Positions 61,401-64,000 of a stretch of 64,000 nt of DNA are shown in pieces. This stretch comes from Vitrella brassicaformis CCMP3155 (lineage: Eukaryota > Protista > Chromerida). A model generated the notes under the pieces. The model searched no databases and was not told where the DNA came from. It saw only the letters and a program-made list of their open reading frames with translations. Every line of letters starts with the position of its first letter. Positions within the stretch are counted from its first letter, which is position 1. A program made the translations under genes and the position numbers. The DNA lies in assembly GCA_001179505.1 (NCBI GenBank), contig CDMY01000447.1:62001-126000 (forward strand). The letters are read 5' to 3'.

Positions 61401-62922
61401 CTGCTGTTGCTTCAGCTCGTCACAAGCCGCTGTACTCGAGGCTGGGCATCAAACTCATTGACGACGATGAGGAAGAGGTCAGCAAGGGAGAGAGGGGAAC
61501 GAACATACAGTGACGTGTTGCTGCATAAGTGGATATTGTTGTGATGGTCAGGAGTCGTCCAACGCATTCCCAGATCCCTACGATAGCACAGACCATCGCA
61601 ACGATCAGCCCAACCACCACCCCCACAGGTCCCCAGCAGGAGCCCCCTCCCCTCTCTCAGTCATCCCACCCACGCCAGGCGTCAACGTGGGCCCATTCGA
61701 GCCCATCAAGCCACAGCACAACAGCAGCGCCAGCAACAGCAGCAGCGGCTGGATGGGCGGCGACTCCTACAACCACACCGACCTCACCAACGACATGGCG
61801 CGGCTCACCACCGGCAGCCCCAGCAGCAGTAATCAGAACAGCAAGGGCAAGGGCGTGCCGATCAGCCTCAACGAGCGGCTGCAGTTCGACGACAACGACA
61901 AGGGAGGGATGATGCATCCGCATCAGCACCAGCAGGATGACACCAGCACCCCCTCGTCCACGGCGCGGCGTGACAGCGGTGAGGGCCGCCCGGCTGTGAT
62001 CAACCCTCAGTCGCTGCCCAACAACCCCTGGTACAACCCACAGAGCTTCCCCGACGACCACGGCGCCGCCAGTGGGTCGTTCCCCCCTCTCAATGCTTCC
62101 TCATCCTCCAACAAGCAGCAACAACAGCCGCATGAGGAAGGCAAGCCGGGCCCCTCCAGCCCTATGCACCGTGGCGCGCCCCCCGGGATGACGCCCTCCC
62201 CTTCGCCGCCCAGCGTCAGCTTGTCGAGTGAGGGCGGCAAGGGCCCCGACTCAGACGCGTCTATCATGGATGCGCTTGCCAAGGTGTGTCCCCAGGTGTC
62301 GCTGTTCGCCAAGAACAAGCCGCAGATGCAGCATGGGCCAGCGGGGAGCGATTCAATGGCGGGGGCGGGGGGCCCCGAGCCGCAGCCGCCAGGTGGTGGT
62401 GGTGGTGGGTTTGGGATGGGCAGCCGGCCGTCTGCTTTCAACCCTTCTGCGCCGCCATTTGTATACGGCCGGTCGTCCCCCTCCCCCAATACAAATCCAC
62501 ACGTGCCGTCGATCATCCGGCCGTACAATGACGACCAGAGCCACAAGCAGCCCGACTGGATGAAGCATGACCATCACCAGCAGCAGCGGCGCGACCACCA
62601 CCACCAGCAGCAGCAGCAGAGGATGCCTCCCCGCGGGCAGCCGCAGCCGCCCCCGCCCCCTCCTACACATATTCCGCCAGTGCCCACAGTGCCCCCACCT
62701 CGCCCGGATCAGCTGATGAATCAGCGGCAGATGCGCATGATGCACGGGTATGACGGCGGGTACGGGGGAGGTGACCCCCAGGGTGGGGGCATGTTTTCCG
62801 GTGGCGGTGGTGGGTACGGCGGCATGTACGGCCAGATGGGGGGGCCATCAGCTGGGCTGAACCCTGCTGCATATCCTTTCGACCCACAGGCGGCCATGTG
62901 GCAGCCTGGACAGAGACAGTGA
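57362..62922 (+). CDS. CNOT4: CCR4-NOT subunit 4 (NOT4): C4C4 RING, RRM, CCCH zinc finger and long low-complexity tail
   Basis: CPLCMEELDDTDKHFYPCKCGYQ|VCLWC...CPACRTPY, VRVIQRSLVYVIGL, YFGQFGKI and IKCSYGTTKYCSYFLKGQKC...CLYLH. TGA at 62920-62922. Confidence 0.96.
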
Positions 62923-64000
62923 CTCAGGGAGGGAGGGAGGGAGGGATGACAGCCACGGAGAAGGGGAAAGGGGATGCCTGCGTGAGTGAGTGGGTGGGCG
63001 GGCGGATGGACACTTGGTAGCTTACGATCGTTAATTCAGTGTATGTGTCTGCCTGTGTGAGATTGGATAAGACAGAGGGGCGGGCGAGACGAGGCTCGGC
63101 GGCGTCGGGGCCGGGCCGAGCCAAACAAACCAACACGGGGTGGGAGGCCCGCCTGTCTGTCTGAGGGCGGGTGGGGTGGGGTGGGGTGGTATTTGTGTGG
63201 TGGATGGTTTGCCTCAAGTGCCTGACACAGACAGACAGACAGACAGACTCGCTTTTGATGTGCGTGTGTGTGAGAGAGAGAGAGATGGAGACCAGGGTGC
63301 GGCCGATGCATGCACGGATGGATGGATGTGTTTTCCCTCCCTCCCTCCCTCCCTGTCTTCCCTGTTCCCTCCCTTCCCCCTTCTCCCCTGCTTGCCATAC
63401 CGCCCCTCTTCCAATCAATCCATCATGCACTGTAATGTCCGCCCCGCCCGCAACGCACCCGTGGTTGATGGATGTTTTCGTGAGAGAGACAGCGTGTGAG
63501 AGTGGTGCATACCTACCTTACGTTTGCATACCATACCGTCCTTGCCTGTGCGCCATACCATACACCATGTGCGAGAGGGGGACAGAGAGACGGACGACTG
63601 ACTGACTGATTGACGTTTTTGACATGCATGCCCCCATGAGTGCTTTCTGCAGTGGCTGGCTGTCGGGCTGGTTGGCAGAATGAACGAGGCGACGGCCTGT
63701 CAAACCAGTGGATGCCGGGTCAGAGGAGATGGATTGAAGAGAAGACGCGTTTTCTTTGTCTGTCTCCCTTTCTCCCAGATATGTCCACACACCGGCCGGC
63801 CGGCCGATTGATTGAGTGTTTCCTGACGCCCATCCATCCATCCACGGGGGCAGGGAGAGAGTGAGAGTGAAAGTGAGAGGGTGGATGAGAACATGATGTG
63901 TACTGCTGTGACTGAGCGGCATCGGCTCTGGGGAATCGCACGGGGAACTCAGATGAGATGAGATGGCACTTGTGCTTGCATGAGTACATGATTACATCCA

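Noticed and set aside
21495-62922. Apparent cluster of RNA-metabolism genes (SmF, NIP7, helicase, CNOT4, RRM)
   Set aside because: These are a common functional class interspersed with unrelated genes; there is no evidence of clustering beyond chance.
1-64000. CRISPR arrays, rRNA, tRNA, autonomous transposase or RT ORFs
   Set aside because: No repeat-spacer periodicity, RNA-gene signature or transposase/RT motif was recognised by eye. tRNAscan-SE and Infernal runs would be needed to exclude small RNAs.

Overview
Eukaryotic, GC-rich, intron-dense genomic DNA. Introns are short GT-AG and full of (TG)n/(ACAG)n/(GGAT)n microsatellites, and there is one 300-N gap. The intron style, a bipartite-targeted GUN4 and apicomplexan-like gene types point to a photosynthetic alveolate (chromerid), most likely Vitrella brassicaformis; this is an inference. 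I spliced about 20 genes by eye. Recognisable genes: a tandem ubiquitin-like protein, a C-terminal RING E3, a GT8 glycosyltransferase, a DHRS12-like SDR, SmF, an atypical Ser/Thr kinase, a double-Aha1_N protein, a mitochondrial-carrier-family protein, an RRM+KH-like protein, GUN4, EEF1AKMT1/N6AMT2, NIP7, a degenerate DEAH helicase, a helical-repeat organellar RNA-binding-like protein and CNOT4/NOT4. Three observations stand out. (1) A 33-bp non-coding element and an AGCTCGCA motif recur in head-to-head promoters. (2) A 286-bp insertion flanked by an 8-bp target-site-like duplication splits helicase motif V and supplies an in-frame MGSCF start. (3) Two local duplications build chimeric or repeat-module genes. 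No rRNA, tRNA or CRISPR array was recognised. Exon boundaries and ends are manual estimates.
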